A stretch of 64,000 bases of DNA from the human T2T-CHM13v2.0 reference genome, Homo sapiens: assembly GCF_009914755.1 (NCBI RefSeq), contig NC_060947.1; one strand, 5' to 3'. The translations under genes and the position numbers were made by a program. The stretch's first letter is position 1. Each line of letters starts with the position of its first letter. Shown here piece by piece: positions 38,940-54,200 of the stretch. The notes beneath the pieces were generated by a model, which saw only the letters and a program-made list of their open reading frames with translations, was not told the DNA's origin and searched no databases.

Positions 38940-41210
38940 AGCTACTAATTCTTGTACAGGCATGGTACATTACTAAATTTTCTTATCTAATTCTATGAAG
39001 TAGATATTTATTTTCTTGATGTTACTTATGAGACTCAGAGCCATCAAGTAATATGCCAAAGGCCATACAGGTAGTAAGTGGCAGAGCCAAAATTCAACCC
39101 TATATCTGACTCTAAAACCTGTGCTCTTAACAATCAAACATCTTCATACAGACTTCAGCTAGAGGTAGAGGAAGAAGGAAGAGGTAGACATAAAACAATT
39201 ATTCCACGCAACAAATGTGTCTGTACTTCCTACTATGCGTTGAACCTATGGAGTATGAAAAGATCAGTGTGTACCATCCCTGCCCTTAATAAGATTAGTT
39301 CAACAGAGGGGATATGACCATTGTTCTAATAGCTCTAATAAAAGGCAGAGTTGGACCAGTCCCATAACATAATAATGATAATAGCTACCATTTATTAAGA
39401 GTATAGTATGTGTCAGGCACTGTGCTAACACATTCTACATATATTTAATCTTCATGACAGTTCTGGAACTATTAATATTAGTCAATTTTATACATGAGAA
39501 AACAAGACTAATAGAGGGTTAATTAACTTCTGTGGCTCAGAATAATGTGTTACTGTGCTCTTCAGAAGCAAAAGGAGAGAACTGGACTCAATATTCACTT
39601 ATACAATATTTTTGAGTGAACAAAGTATTTGTACCCAGCTCAGTGCCTACAAACCAGAATCACCACCTGCTTCTGTATCACCTGCACTTCAGCCAGCACT
39701 GAATCTGAAGTATCTTGACATTATACTTTCATTTCATTTGGAACCTTGATAACAGTGAAGCCCACTAGAGTCCTATCACTGGCTACCACTACAAATGCCC
39801 CCCACATCCTTTTTATGTTCAAAACCATTTATTGATTATGAATATACTAAGTGCCACTGAATGGTACACTTTAAAATGGTTAAATTGGTAAATTTCATGT
39901 TAAGTGTATTTTACAATAAAAAACATTTGTTAAACAAAATGTTAATTTTTATGAAAAGTGTAATATACATTGCTTGCTTCCAAAAAGTTAATCTTCCTGC
40001 CAAAAAGTTTCCAAAGCTGTATAATTAGGGCAACAGAACCTTTTTCCAAGGAGAAAAATAGACAGCTCTACTGCCACCTGGGCAGACTTTTGGAGAGCAG
40101 TTTTGCTTCCATTGTCTCTCATATTCCTATAGGTTGTGCTTCTTATCCCAGCCCTTCTTTCCACATCTTCCTTTTCTCATAAATATTTCTACTATGTTCC
40201 CCAGATTCTTTGTTGTGTGGTAAACAAGCTGTCTTACATGCTCACCCTTGTCACCAAATGCTACTTGTGCCTCCTTGCCTTACTTGACTCAACTTTTCTC
40301 TAAGGACGCTGTTGGAGTAGTGGAGAGTGGAGGATGCCCATTCTAATACAGGGACTGGAGACGGGGCTGGCATTCTCTAGATTTCCTGAGGCTGTTTCCA
40401 GGCCGTTGTTTGTCTTCCTTGCTGGAACCACCACTTTAACCCATGCCAGATGAATCAATCACTTACCACAGCTCATCTCTGTTGCCTGGCCACTGGTCAT
40501 GCCCCCAAAGTAATCCAGGCCTTTTGGCCTCTAACACATATCTTTCCTTGCCAACATTCATCTCATTGTCCTGGGGGGTTTCAAAGTCCAAATGGTTTAT
40601 TACTCCAAACCATTGGCCTAGCAGTTCCTGACTTTTTGAAACATAATGACCTTGACCTGCCTCCATTTTAGACATCCTCTTTCATGTCCACTCTCTAGAC
40701 TCGTGCAGCTTAATATAGTAGCCACTAGCCACAGGTGATTGTTGAAATTTAAATTAACTGAAATTAAATAAAAATTTTAAATCAGCTCTCACTTGCACCA
40801 GCCACATTTTAAGTGCTCAATAGCTATGTGTGGCTAGTGGCTAACATATCAGATAGTGCAGACAGAAAATTTCCATCACCACAGAAAGTTCTATTAGATA
40901 GCATAGCTTCCAACATTGTCCTCGCCCAGAATATATACTTCTGCTCCACTGCAGAAATATAAAAAAATGTAACCAAATGTGGTAGCATGTGCCTATAGTC
41001 ACAGCTACTCAGGAGGCTGAAGCAGGAAGACCATTTGAGTCCAAGGAGTTTGAGGATGTAGTGCACTATGATCATTCCTGTGAATAGCCACTATACTCCA
41101 ACCTGTCTGTCTCTTAAACAAACAACCAAAACCAAAACAAAACAAAACAAAAAAACTTCACTCCAGCCTGGGCAGCAGAGTGAGACCCAGTCTAAAAACA
41201 CAAAAACAAA
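38940..41210. repeat. Scattered old repeats: MIRs (about 38940-39130 and 39370-39530), an L1M 3' end (about 39830-39930), a MER3-like element (about 40700-40910) and Alu monomer fragments (about 40950-41210)
   Basis: Recognisable motifs, e.g. agccacattttaagtgctcaatagctatgtgtggctagtggc (MER3/33) and gccactgaatggtacactttaaaatggtt (L1M). Confidence 0.6.
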
Positions 41211-41261
41211 AAAGAGTAAAGAAATAAGAGTCCCTAAATTTAAAGGCACAAAAATATTGCA

Positions 41262-44200
41262 TCAGGAAAAATGGCAGGTAGGAGGAAGGACTAACTTGCA
41301 GCTCCCACTTGGATGGACAGGGTAGTGTGCAGAGGAGACTCAAATCGTGAACTTTTGCTCCAAGAACTACTGCAGGAACATACCAGGAAAGCTGAGAGAA
41401 TCCACAGACCCTTTGAAAGAAGTGGCTTGCTGCTGCAGGCTCTGTGAGACAGATGAAAAACTGTGAGCGCCCAAAGTGTGAGAGGGGGAACATTTGCCCC
41501 TAAACACATATCCTCACTGGGGATCCTGAAGATCCAGATCATGGGAGAAGGATTTGACCTTACCTGGAGCTGAGTTGAATTTAGAGAGCTGAGCAAAATA
41601 CAGGGATATAGGAGGCAATGGGAAGAGCCCTGTGGGCACTCTCAGTCCCCAGGGAAGCCATTCCTGACTTTGTCTCACAGGAATCCATGGGGTGGGCTGT
41701 CAGTGGAATTGGGGAAAGCCCACAGGGAGAAGGAAACTTCTAGCTGAACTGGGTAACAATTTTGACTGAATGCAAAGTTTCCTGGACAGAATCCATGGGA
41801 GGGAGCAAACGGGGAGTGTGGATACAAGCAAGGTAACTGTGGCAGGCAGGGAAGCATGAACCCTGAAAGCCCTACTTGCTTTCTCAGTGGGGAGGCTTGT
41901 AGCCTGGGGCAAGTTCTCAGCCCTGCTCACCAGCTGCCTGGGAACAAACTCAGTGCAGTTGGCGGGGGCATGGTGGAAGTAAGACTGGCCTTTTGGGCTG
42001 TGTGGGAGCCCGGTGAGACCTGTCACTGCTGCTTTCCCCCACTTCCCTGGTGACCTGTATGACACAGCAGAGACAGCCATAGTCTGTTGCGGGAAGTCAG
42101 GGACCCCAAACGGAGGGACCGGCTAAAGCCATGACAGAAGAATGTGGATTGTGAAGATTTTATGGACATTTATTAGTTCCCCAAATTAATACTTTTGTAA
42201 TGTCTTATGCCTGTCTTTACTGCAATCTCTAAACATAAATTGTAAAGATTTCATGGACACTTATCACTTCCCCAATCAATATCCTTGTGATTTCCTATGC
42301 CTGTCTTTGCTTTAATCTCTTAATCCTGTCAGCCAAGAAGGATGTGTATCATCTCAGGACCCTGCAATAATTGCGTTAAGTACACAAATTGTACAGCATG
42401 TGTGTTTGAGCAATATGAAATGTGGGCACTCTGAAAAAAGAACAGGATAACAGCAATTGTTCAGGGAATAAGAGAGATAACCTTAAACTCTGACCGCCGG
42501 TGAGCTGCGCAGAACAGAGCCATATTTCTCTTCTTTCAAAAGCAAATGGGAGAATTATCACTGAATTCCTTTTCTCAGCATGGAACGTCCCTGAGAAAGA
42601 GAATGCGCACCTAGGGGTAGGTCTCTGAACTGGCCCCCCCGGGGCGTACCTGTCTCTTATGGTCGAGATTGCAGAGGTGAAATAAACTCCAGTCTCCCAT
42701 AGTGCTCCCAGGCTTATTAGGAAGAGGAAATTCACACCTAATAAACTTTGGTCAGACCGGTTGATCTCAAAACCCTGTCTCCTGATAAGATGTTATCAAT
42801 GACAATGGTGCCCGAAACTTCATTAGCAATTTTAATTTCGCCTCCATCCTGTGGTCCTGTGATCTCGCCCTGCCTCCACTTGCCTTGTGATATTCTATTA
42901 CCTTGTTAAGTACTTGATGTCTGTCACCCACACCTATTCGTATACTCCCTCCCCTTTTGAAACTCCCTAATAAAAACTTGCTGGTTTTTGTAGCTTGTGG
43001 GGCATCATGGATCCTACCAACGTGTGATATCTCCCCCGGACACCCAGCTTTAAAATTTCTCTCTTTTGTACTCTGTCCTTTTATTTCTCAAGCCAGCCGA
43101 TGCTTAGGAAAATAGAAAAGAACCTACGTGATTATCGGGGCAGGTCCCCCGATAATAGTCCCCCTGGGAACGTAATTCCATTGGCCTGATAACCACACTC
43201 CCATCCGCCACAGCAGCCACAGCAAGCTCTGCCTAAGGAGAGTCTGAGCTCAGACACAACCAACCGTGCCTCCACCTTATGGTCTTTCTCAACCCACCCT
43301 GGTAGCTGAAGACAAAGGGCATAATCTCTTGAAAGCTCTATGGCCCCACCCTCTGCCTGAGACACCCCGAATACTTATCCACCTGACCCTAGGGCAAGCT
43401 TATATCCTCCCTATACTACCGCAGCTGACATTGTCTTGAAAGCACCACCTCCTGGCTGGAGGCCAACCAACACAAAACCAGTGCACTAAACAGAACTACA
43501 ACCAAGGACCCTCACAGAGTCCACTTTACTCCCCTGCTACCACCAGTGGAGATACACAGGTGCACAAATGGCTAACAAACATATGAAAAAATGTACAACA
43601 TCACTAAACCACGAGATGCAAATCAAAACCATGATGTGATACCACCTTACTCCTGCAAGAATGGCCATAATAAAAAAATAAAAAACATAGATGTTGGCGT
43701 GGATGTGGTGAAAAGGGAACACTTTTACACTGCTGGTGGGAATGTAAACTAGTCCCAGCCACTATGGAAAACAGCCTGGAGATTTCTTAAAGAACCAAAA
43801 GTAGATCTACCTTTTGATCCAGCAATCCCATTACTGGGTATCTACCCAGAGGAAAATAAGTAATCATACTAAAAAGATACTTGCACACATATGTTTATAG
43901 AAGCACAATTTGCAATTGTAAAAATGTGGAATCAGCTGAAATTCCCATCAGTCAACTAGTGGATAAAGAAAATGTGGTATATATATACCATGGAATACTA
44001 CTACTCAGCCATAAAAAGGAATGAAATAATGGCATTTGCAGTAACATGGATGGAATTGGAGACCATTATTCTAAGTGAAGTAACTCAGGAATGGAAAACC
44101 AAGCATCATATGTTCTCACTCTTAAGTGGGAGATAAGTTATGAGGACACAAAGGCATAAGAATGACACAATGGACTTTGGAGACTCAGAGGAAAGGGTGG

Positions 44201-44370
44201 GAAGGGGATGAGGGATAAAAGACTACACATCGGGTATAGTGTACACTGCTTGGGTGATGGGTGCACCAAAATTCCAGAAATCACCACTAAAGAACTTATC
44301 CACGTAACCAAACACCACCTATTGCCCAAAACTCTATTGAAACAAAAAATAAAAAGCAAAAAAAAAAAAA
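41262..44370 (+). mobile_element. L1PB-type element whose 5'UTR is joined directly to the ORF2 3' end (large internal deletion)
   Basis: L1PB-like 5' end (aaatggcaggtaggaggaaggactaacttgcagctcccact), an abrupt switch at about 43545-43560 to caaatggctaacaaacatatg, then an L1PB 3'UTR and poly(A). Imperfect TSD attg(c/a)atca(g/a)ga. Confidence 0.8.
42085..43154 (+). mobile_element. MER11-type (HERV-K/HML-8) solo LTR, 1070 bp
   Basis: Starts TGTTGCGGGAAGTCAGGGACCCC, has internal repeats gatttcatggacac and AATAAA at about 42969, and a perfect 6-bp TSD ATAGTC (42079-42084, 43155-43160). Confidence 0.9.
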
Positions 44371-44681
44371 TTGAATCAAGAAAAAAACGTGTTTTGTATC
44401 AATTTGCTAGGCACCTTGCAAGGAGTTGAGGAGTTGTTAACAAAACAGACATTATCTATTAAGATTACTATATAACTATAGTAATCAAGACAGTATGGTG
44501 TTGGGGTGTCCACTTTTTTGCACAAGTAATTCAATGGAGGAAGGATAGACTTTTCACCAAATGATATTGGAGCAATTGGACATTCATAGGCCAAAACAAA
44601 ACAAAAAGCCCCAGCCTAAGCCTCATACAAAAACTAACTCAAAATGAGTCATGAACTTAAATGTAAAATGTAAAACTGTAG

Positions 44682-45060
<379 letters not shown>

Positions 45061-45474
45061 TCATAGGTTCTTTGGTTTGACACCAAAAGAACAGTGTATA
45101 AAAGGAAAAAAATAGAGGAAACTGTTCTATACCTTGAGTGTATTAATGTCAATATTCTGAGTATGATATTATACTATAGTTTTCTAAGATGTTACCATTG
45201 GGAAAAACTAGGTGGGGGGTACCTGAGATTGTTCTGTATTACTTCTTATAACTGAATATCAATCTACAGTTATTTCAAAATAATTCAATTTTAAAAAGCT
45301 AAGGGAGGTGAACATTTCAAGAAGGAGGAAATTATTAACTGGTTCAAAGCCTGCCAAGAAGTCAAGTAAGTTGAAAAATGAAAAAAAGTTTGACAATATG
45401 GAGGTTATTGTGACATGAACAAGAACTTTTCTTGCTGTAGTAAAGGAGCCGGAAAGCAGGTAGAAGTAGACTGA

Positions 45475-45971
<497 letters not shown>

Positions 45972-48900
45972 AGAACCATTATTTTAATGGTAATGCAATT
46001 TCCATTAATAAAGCTGATTCCAACATTCATGGTGTTTAAATGTGAACTTTTAAGTTAAGATGGTGGATGAGAGGCTTTTAGTGTGCCTTAGCCACTTGGA
46101 AATAGCAAAACAGTGTATAAAGATAAACTCTATGAGCTTTAATTCAAGAAGGAAAATGGGAATTCCCTGGAATCATGATGGACATCCCAGATCTCAGGGA
46201 GGAGGATATGGGCAAACAGCCCCCATGACATTGTCCAGCTGATAAGAGCCTGGGACAAGAGAAGATCTGCTACAGCTGCAATTTCTCTTGGGTGATGAGA
46301 CTTGCTGCCAGGGCTGGCTTGGCAACCTGGAACTGGTGTGCATGTGTCATTGCTGGGTTCCCTAGCCTGCTCCCCTGAGATTGTGGGGCAGTGGAGCCCT
46401 CTCTGCTCCACCCCCATGCAGAACTCCAGGCATTCGGAGCACCTGCTCACATGTACTGGCAGCCTGAGTTGCCCCATCCCTCTTGGGAATAGGTTGTGGT
46501 GCAATGGATCCCTCTCTGCTCCATGTCCAGGCAGAGCTCCAAACACTCAAAGCTTCTGCTTGCCCAGATTGACAGCCTGAGTCACTTCACCCTTCCTATT
46601 CAGAGATCTAGGTGCAGAGGGCCCTCTCTGCTTCATGCCCAGGCAGATCTCCAGGCATGCAGAGCACCTGCTTGTCTGGTTCAGCAGCCTGACACCCCAC
46701 TCCTATGCAGAGATCATGGTGCAGGGGGGCCCTCTCTGCTTCACGCCCAGGCAGATCACCAGGTATTAGGAGCACCCATTTGCCGGGGTCAGCAGTCTGA
46801 GTTGCCTGCCCCTCCTGTGCAGAGGTTGTGGTGCAGTGGGGCCCTCTGCACTCCACACCCAGGCAGATCTCCAGGAATCTGGAGCACCCACTCTCTTGGA
46901 TTAGGAGTTTAGGCCATCTCCTCCCCCGTGCAAAGAACTTGTGACATAGGAGGTTTCCCAGCACCATGCCTAGGCACACCTCTGGGCACTTGGTAACCGC
47001 TAACTGGATTCTCCATTGGTGCTGGTGCTTGTGCCTGTCATCAGAGGAACCTGTAGGTGGGCTGTGGCCTGGCCATCTTGCCCCCTGCCAACCCGGGGCT
47101 GAACAGGAAGCTCAGATCACTGTGCACTCCGTGGATCAGCCCATCGCCTGAAGCAATATACAGTTTCTCCCAGTAAACAAAGATGAAATATATACCCAGC
47201 CGCATTGACGGCAGCTGGCTCTTACCTATAAGCGCCATCTACTGGCTTACAAGTCAAACCGCATAGCCCAATAAAAACCTGCTTACAGAAGTGCATAGGG
47301 CTGTAGGAGCAAAGCCAAAAGACGCTCCCCACCAGTCACACACCCTAGAAAGGCGGAGAAAGGGAAAAGGAAAGAAAAAATATAATAATATCATAGGAAA
47401 ATAGACAAAAAATCCTACCTGTAAAAAATAATTAAAAAATTAGAAAGTGCTAGTGTCTCTAGAAGAGAAGAAGCCATTGCAAGAATTCTGACACCATGAA
47501 AAACCTGAATGTAGTGAAACTACCAAAGAATCACACTAGCTCTCCAGCAATGGTGGCTAATCAAAATGGAAACTCAGAAACAACAAAGAATTCAAAGCAT
47601 GGATTGCAAGAAATCTCAATGGAATCCAAGACAAGACTGAAAATCAACACAAAGAAATTTCTAAAGCAATCCAGGAAATGAAAGATATAAACATCTTAAA
47701 AAGAAATCAATCAAAGCTTCTGGAATAGAAAAACTCACTTAAGGAATTTCAAAATGCAACTGAAAGCTTTATCAATAAACTAGACCAAGCAGAAGAAATA
47801 ATTTCAGAGCTTGAAGACCTGTTTTTTGAACTAACCCAGTCAGACAAAAATAAAGAAAAAAGAATTTAAAAAATAAAGTCTATGAAAAATGTGGGACTAT
47901 GTAAAGTGGCCAAAACTATGAATTGTTGGCTTTTCTGAGAGAGATGGAGAAAAAAGTAAACAACCTGGAAAATATATTTGAGAGAATAATTCAAGAAAAA
48001 TTCTTAAATCTTGCTAGAGAAGTAGACATCCAGATACAAGGAATTCAGAGAACACCTGTGAGATACTATACAAAGTGATCACCACCAAAGCATATAGTCA
48101 CCAGATTTTTCAAGGTCAACACTAAAGAAAAAAATCTTAAAGGCAGCTAGAGTAAAAGGTCAGCTCATATACAAAGGGAACCCCATCAGGCTAATGGCAG
48201 ACTTCTCAACAGAAACCTTGCAAGCCACGAGAGATTGGGGGCCTAGTTTAGCCTTCTTAAAGAAAAGAAATTCCAACCAAGAATTTCCTATCCTGCCATG
48301 CTAAGCTTCATAAGCAAAGGAGAAATAAAATATGTTCCAGACAAGTAAGTGCTAAGGCAATTTGCTACCACTAGACCAGCCATACAAGGGATCCTTAAGT
48401 GAGTTCTAAACATGTAAATGAAATATGATACCTGCCAAAAAACACACTTAAGTACATAGCTCACAGACCCTATAAAGCAACCATACAATTGAAAGTACAA
48501 AGAAACCAGCTAACAACTTCACACTTTTCTCAAAACCTCACATATTAATGTTGACCTTGAATATAAATGATCTAAATGCCCCCACTTAAAAGGCACAGAG
48601 TGGCAAGTTGGATTAAAAAAAGATCCGTCCATCTTCTGTCTTCAAGAGACTCATCTCACACTTAATGATGTTCATAGGCTCAAGGTAAAGGGTTGGAGAA
48701 AGGTCTATCACATAAAAGGGAAACAAGCAAGAGCAGGAGTCACTATTCTTACATCAGATAAAAGAGACTTTAAACCGACAACAGTAAAAAAAGACAAAGA
48801 AGGGCATTACATAATGTCAAAGGGTTCAATTCAACAAGAAGACTTAATTATCCTAAATATATGCACACACCAACATTGCAACACCCAGATTCATCAAACA

Positions 48901-50576
48901 AGTACTTCTAGATCTATGAAAAAGCTTAAATAGTCACACAATAATAGCGGGGGACTTCAATACCCCACTGACAGCATTAGACAGATCATCAAGCAGAAAA
49001 CTAACAAAGAAATTCTGGACTTGAGAATTGAAACCAAAATGACACTTGACCAGTTGGATCTAATAGACATCTACAGAATACCCCATCCACTAACTGCACA
49101 AAATATACATTCTTCTCAACTGCATACTAAACATACTCTAAGAAAGACCACATGCTTGGCCGTAAAGCAAGTTTCAATAAATTAAAAAAAAATTAAACTC
49201 ATACCAGCCATACACTTGGAACACAGTGGAATACAAATAGAAATCAATACCAAGAAGATCTCTCAAAACCACACAATCATATGGAAATTAAACGGTTGGC
49301 TCCTGAATGGCTTTCGGGTAAACAATTAAATTAAGGCAGAAATTAAAAAAAATTTGAAATAAATAAAAACAGAAACACAACATGACAACATCTCTGGGAG
49401 ACAGCAAAAGCAGTGTTAAGGGGAAAGTTCATAGCACTAAATGCCTACCTCAAAAAGTTAGAAAAATCTCAAATTAATGATGTGACATCACACTTAGAGG
49501 AACTAGAAAAACAAGAACAAACTAACTGAAAATCTAGCAGAATAAAATAAATCAGGGAAAAATTGAGAAAAATTGAGACCAAAATTTCATAAAAAGCATT
49601 AAATAACAAACCAAAAGTGTATTTGAAAGGATAAACAGGATTGAAAGAATGCTAGCTACATTGACAAAGAAAAAAGAGGGAAGATCCAAATAAGCACAAT
49701 CATAAATGACAAAGGTGACATTATAACTGATCCAAGAAATACAAAAGATCCTCAGAGGTTATTATGAACACCTCTATGCACACAAACTAGAAAATCTAGA
49801 TGAAATGGGTAAATTCCTGAAAACACACAACCTTCCAAGACTAAATCAGGAAGAAACGGAAACTCTGAACAGACCAATATAGAGTTCTGAAATTGAATCA
49901 GGAATAAAAAGCCTACCAATCAAAAATGCCCCAGACCAAATGGATTCACAGCCAAATTCCACCAGATGTACAAAGAATAGCTAGTACCAATTCTAGTGAA
50001 ACTATTCCAAAAAATTGAGGAGGAGGAACTGCTCCCTACTCATTCTATGAAGCCAACACCACCCTAATACCAAAACCTGGCAAAGGCACAACAAGAAAAG
50101 AAAACTACAGGCCAACATCCCTGAGAAACATAGATGCAAAAATCCTCGAGAAAATACTAGCAAACTGAATCCAGCAGCACAACAAAAAGTTAATTTATCG
50201 CAATCAAGTAGGCTTCATTTCTGGGATGCAATGTTGGTTCAGCAAAGCAATAAAAGTGATTCACCACATAAATAGAATTAAAAACAAAAACCATATGATC
50301 ATATTGATAGATGTGGGAAAAGCTTTTGATAAAGTCCAATACCCTTCATGATAAAAACCCTCAATATATTAGGCGTTGAAGGAACATACCTCAAAATAAT
50401 AAGAAACATCAATGACAAACCCACAGCCAACATCATACTGAGCAGGCGAATGCTGGAAGCATTCCCCTTGAGAGTAGGAACAAGAAAAGGATGCCTACTC
50501 TCACCACCCCAATTCAACATAATACTGAAATTACTAGCTGGTGCAATCAGGCAAGAGAAAGAAAGAAAATGCATCT

Positions 50577-50998
50577 GATATAGTTTAAATATTTGTCTTC
50601 TCCAAATCTTATGTTAAAATGCAATCCCCAATGTTGGAGGTTGGGCCCAGTTGGAGGTGTTTGGATTATGGGGGCAGATCTCTCATGAATGGCTTGGTGC
50701 CGTCTTGGTGGTAAGGAGCAAATTCTCACTCTATGAGTTCATGTGAGATCTGGTTGTTTAAAAGAGTGTAGGACACCCTCCATCTGCTTCCTCTCTTGCC
50801 GTGTGATGTGCTGGCTCCCCCTTCACCTTCCACCATGATTGTAAGCTTCCTGAGGTCCTCACCAGGAACATTTGTGGGCACCATGCTTCCTGTACAACAT
50901 GCAGACCATGAGCCAAAATAAAACCTTTTTTTTCCTTACAAATTAAATTACCAAGCATCAGGTATTCCTTTATAGCAACACAAAAACAGACTAACACA
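50577..50998 (+). mobile_element. MST-type solo LTR inserted in the L1 RT region
   Basis: tgatatagttt...cagactaacaca with TSD g(c/a)atc. L1 sequence resumes at caaataggacaagaagtc. Confidence 0.9.
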
Positions 50999-52761
50999 GA
51001 ATCCAAATAGGACAAGAAGTCGAACTGTCTCTCTTCACTGATGATACGATTCTGTACCTAGAAAACCTTAAAAACTCCAGTGAAGGGCTATAAAACTGAT
51101 CAAATATTTCAGTACAGTTTGAGGATACAAAATCATTGTATAAAAATCAGTAGCATTTCTATACATCAATAACACTCAAGCCAAGAGCCATTTACAGGAA
51201 CCACACACACACAAATAAAAACCTAGGAATACATGTAACCAAGGAGATGAAAGATCTCTACAATGAAAACTATAAAACACTGCTGAAAGAAATCATAAAT
51301 GACACAAATGGAAAAACATTCCACACTCATGGGTTGGAAGAATCAATATTTGTAAAAATGACCACATTGTCCAAAGCAATCTATAGATTCAACACTATTC
51401 CTATCAAGCTACCAAAATAATTTTTCACAGAATTAAAAAAAAATTGTAAACTTCATATCGAACCAAGAAAGACCCTGAATGGCCAAAGCAATCCTAAACA
51501 AAAAGAACAAAGCCAGAAGCATCATATTACCTGACTTAAAATTATACTATAAGCTACAGTAGCCAAAATGGCCTGGTACTGGTATAAAAACAGCGTATAG
51601 ACCAATGGAACAAAATGGAGAACCCAGAAATAAAGCCATACACCTACAGCCATCTGATCTTTGACAAAGTTGACAAATATAAGCAATGAGGAAAGGACTT
51701 CCTATTCAATGAATGGTGCTGGGATAGCTAGCTAGCCATATGCAGAACAAGGAAACTGGACCCCTATATTTCACCAAATACAAAAAATAACTCAAGGTGG
51801 ATTAAAAATTTAATGTAAGACTTCAAACTAAGAATCCTAGAAGAAAACCTAGGAAATACCTTTCTGGACATCAGCCTTGGGAAATAATTTGTGACTAAGT
51901 CCTCAAGCAATTGTAACAAAACCAAAAATTGACAAGTGGGGTCTACTTAAATAAAGAGCTTCTGCACAGCAAAAGGAACCATCAATAGAGTAAACAGACA
52001 ACTCACAGAATGGGAGAAAATATCCACAAAGTACGCATCTGACAAAGTCTAATATCCAGAATCTATAAGGAACAATTATAAGAAGCAAAAAACCTAATTA
52101 CTCCATTAAAAAGTGGGCAAAAGACATGATCAGACACTTTTCAAAAGAAGGCATATGAGCGGCCAATAAACATAAGAAAAAATGTTCATCATCACTAATT
52201 ATTAGAGAAATGAAAATCAAAATCCTCTCACACTAGTCAGAAGGAATATTATTAAAAAGTTAAAAAAAAAAAAACAACAACAGATACTGGCAAGGCTGCA
52301 GAGAAAATGGAATGTGTATACACTGTTGTTGGGAATGTAAATTAGTTCAGCCACTGTGGAAAGCAGTTTGGAGGTTTCTCAAAGAAGTAAAAACAGAATT
52401 ACCATTTTACCCAGCAGTCCCTTTACTGGGTATAGTCCCAAAAGAAAACGAATCGTTCTATCAAAAAGACACATGCACTCATGTGTTCATCACAGCACTA
52501 TTCACAATAGCAAAGATATGGAATCAATCTGGGTGCCCATCAGCGCTGAATTGGTTAAAGAAAATTTGGTACATATACACCATGGAATACTGTGCCGTCA
52601 TAAAAAGAACAAAATCATGTGCTGTGCAGCAACATGGATGCAGCTGGAGACCATTATCCTAAGCGAACTAGTGTAGGAACAGAAAACCAAATACCACATA
52701 TCTTGTTCTAAGCGGGAGCTAAACATTGGGTACACATGGACATAAAGATGGCAGCAATAAA

Positions 52762-53054
52762 GGCCAGGCTCAGTGGTTCACGCCTGTAATCCCAGCACTT
52801 TGGGAGGCTGAGGTGGGTGGATTGTTTGAGCTCAGGAATTTGAGACAACATAGTGAAACCCCATCTCAAGAAAAAAAAAGAGATTAGCTAGGCATGGTGG
52901 CACACGCCTGTAGTTCCAGCTACTTGGGGAGCTGAGGCGAGATTTCTTGAAACCAGGAGGTCGAGGCAGCAGTGAGCTGAGATCACCCACTGCACTCCAG
53001 CCTGAGTGACAGAATAAGACCCTGTCTCAAAACACACACACACACAAACCTACA
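52762..53054 (+). mobile_element. AluJ-like element in the L1 3'UTR
   Basis: Alu dimer with a CA-rich tail and TSD aaagatggca(g/a)caata. Confidence 0.9.
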
Positions 53055-53589
53055 AAAGATGGCAACAATAGAAACTGGGGACTACTGGAGGGGAAAGGAG
53101 GAAGGGTGGCAAAGTTTGAAAAATTAACTGTTGAGTACTATGATCACTACTTGGGAGAAGGGATCATTTGTATCCCAAACCTCAGCATCATGCAATATAC
53201 TCATGTAACAAACCTGCATATGTACCTCCTGAGTCTAAAATTAAAATTGAAATTATATAAAAAAGTAGTGGATTGAGAGGTAAACAGGAGGCCTGGAAGC
53301 AAGACACTAGGAAGATACAATTCTTTTAAGAAGTTTGGCTGTGAAGGGGAGAAGGTAACTTGAGTAATGTGTGGAGTTCAGTAAGTTTTTTGGTTTTCGT
53401 TTGTTTTAGTGGAGATATGGAAACGTATTTAAACCTATTGGGAAAGGTCTAATGGAGTGGAAAATGTTAAAAAAAAAAAAACTGGAAAGGTAAAGGACCA
53501 CCAATAGTGCAAGGCTCCTGAAAGATAGAAGATCCAAAGTACGCGTGGGGGATTGCCATTGGAGAGACATAGTAACAACCTTTCTATTC

Positions 53590-53904
53590 TTTTTTTTGTT
53601 GTTGTTAAATAATTGAGATATGGTCTTACTCTGTTGCCTAGGGTGGAGTGCAGTGGTGCTATCACAGCTCACTGCAGCCTCAACCTCCCAGGGCTTGGGT
53701 GATCCTCCCACCTCAGCCTCTTGAGTAGCAGGGATCATAGGTGTGTGCCACCACACCCAGCTAATTTGTTGTACTTTTTGTTGAGATGCTGTTTTACCAT
53801 GTTGCCCAGGCTTGTCTCAAACTCCTGGACTCAAGCAATTCATCCTCCTTAGCCTCCCAAAGTCCTGGGATTACAGTCCTGGGAGTGAGCCACAGTGCCC
53901 AGCC
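53590..53904 (-). mobile_element. AluJ
   Basis: Diverged dimer with TSD agtaaca(a/g)c.ttt. Confidence 0.88.
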
Positions 53905-54200
53905 AGTAACAGCTTTTCTAATGTAACAGAAGAGAATAAGATGAGAATGGAAGCAGATATTTTTCTCTGTGAAGTAGGAAGAACTGCTGAGAGCAGAGGA
54001 GGATGTGAGGGAAGGAGGTGTGTCAGGGAGAACTAGGATTTGACGAGACAAAGAATGTTTGAAATATTTGTTCTGGAGAATTGATTGTCCAGCAGTGCTG
54101 GCAACCTATTTCAGACTGATGATCTTAAACTTCTTGTAAACGAGTATGCCCTATTGTGAATTTTTCTAGCAGTGCTCAGGTGCAGGTATCAAAAACACAG

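Larger units (their letters stand above)
46055..53265 (+). mobile_element. Degenerate full-length old primate L1 (L1PA15/16-like) with tandem repeats of about 110-115 bp in the 5'UTR
   Basis: 5' aagatggtggat, repeats gccctctctgct(c/t)ca.gcccaggcagatctccagg at about 46360-46900, decayed ORF1/ORF2 ([17 protein letters not shown]; [14 protein letters not shown]) and a PA15/16-type 3'UTR. Confidence 0.88.

Noticed and set aside
39555-39749. LNLKYLDI segment as a further LRR exon
   Set aside because: It has no 171-bp GT-AG exon frame and no flanking RI-like LRR residues.
46360-46900. Array of about 110-115-bp repeats resembling a CRISPR-like or novel repeat
   Set aside because: It lies in the 5'UTR of an old L1, and the whole units are homologous, with no unique spacers.
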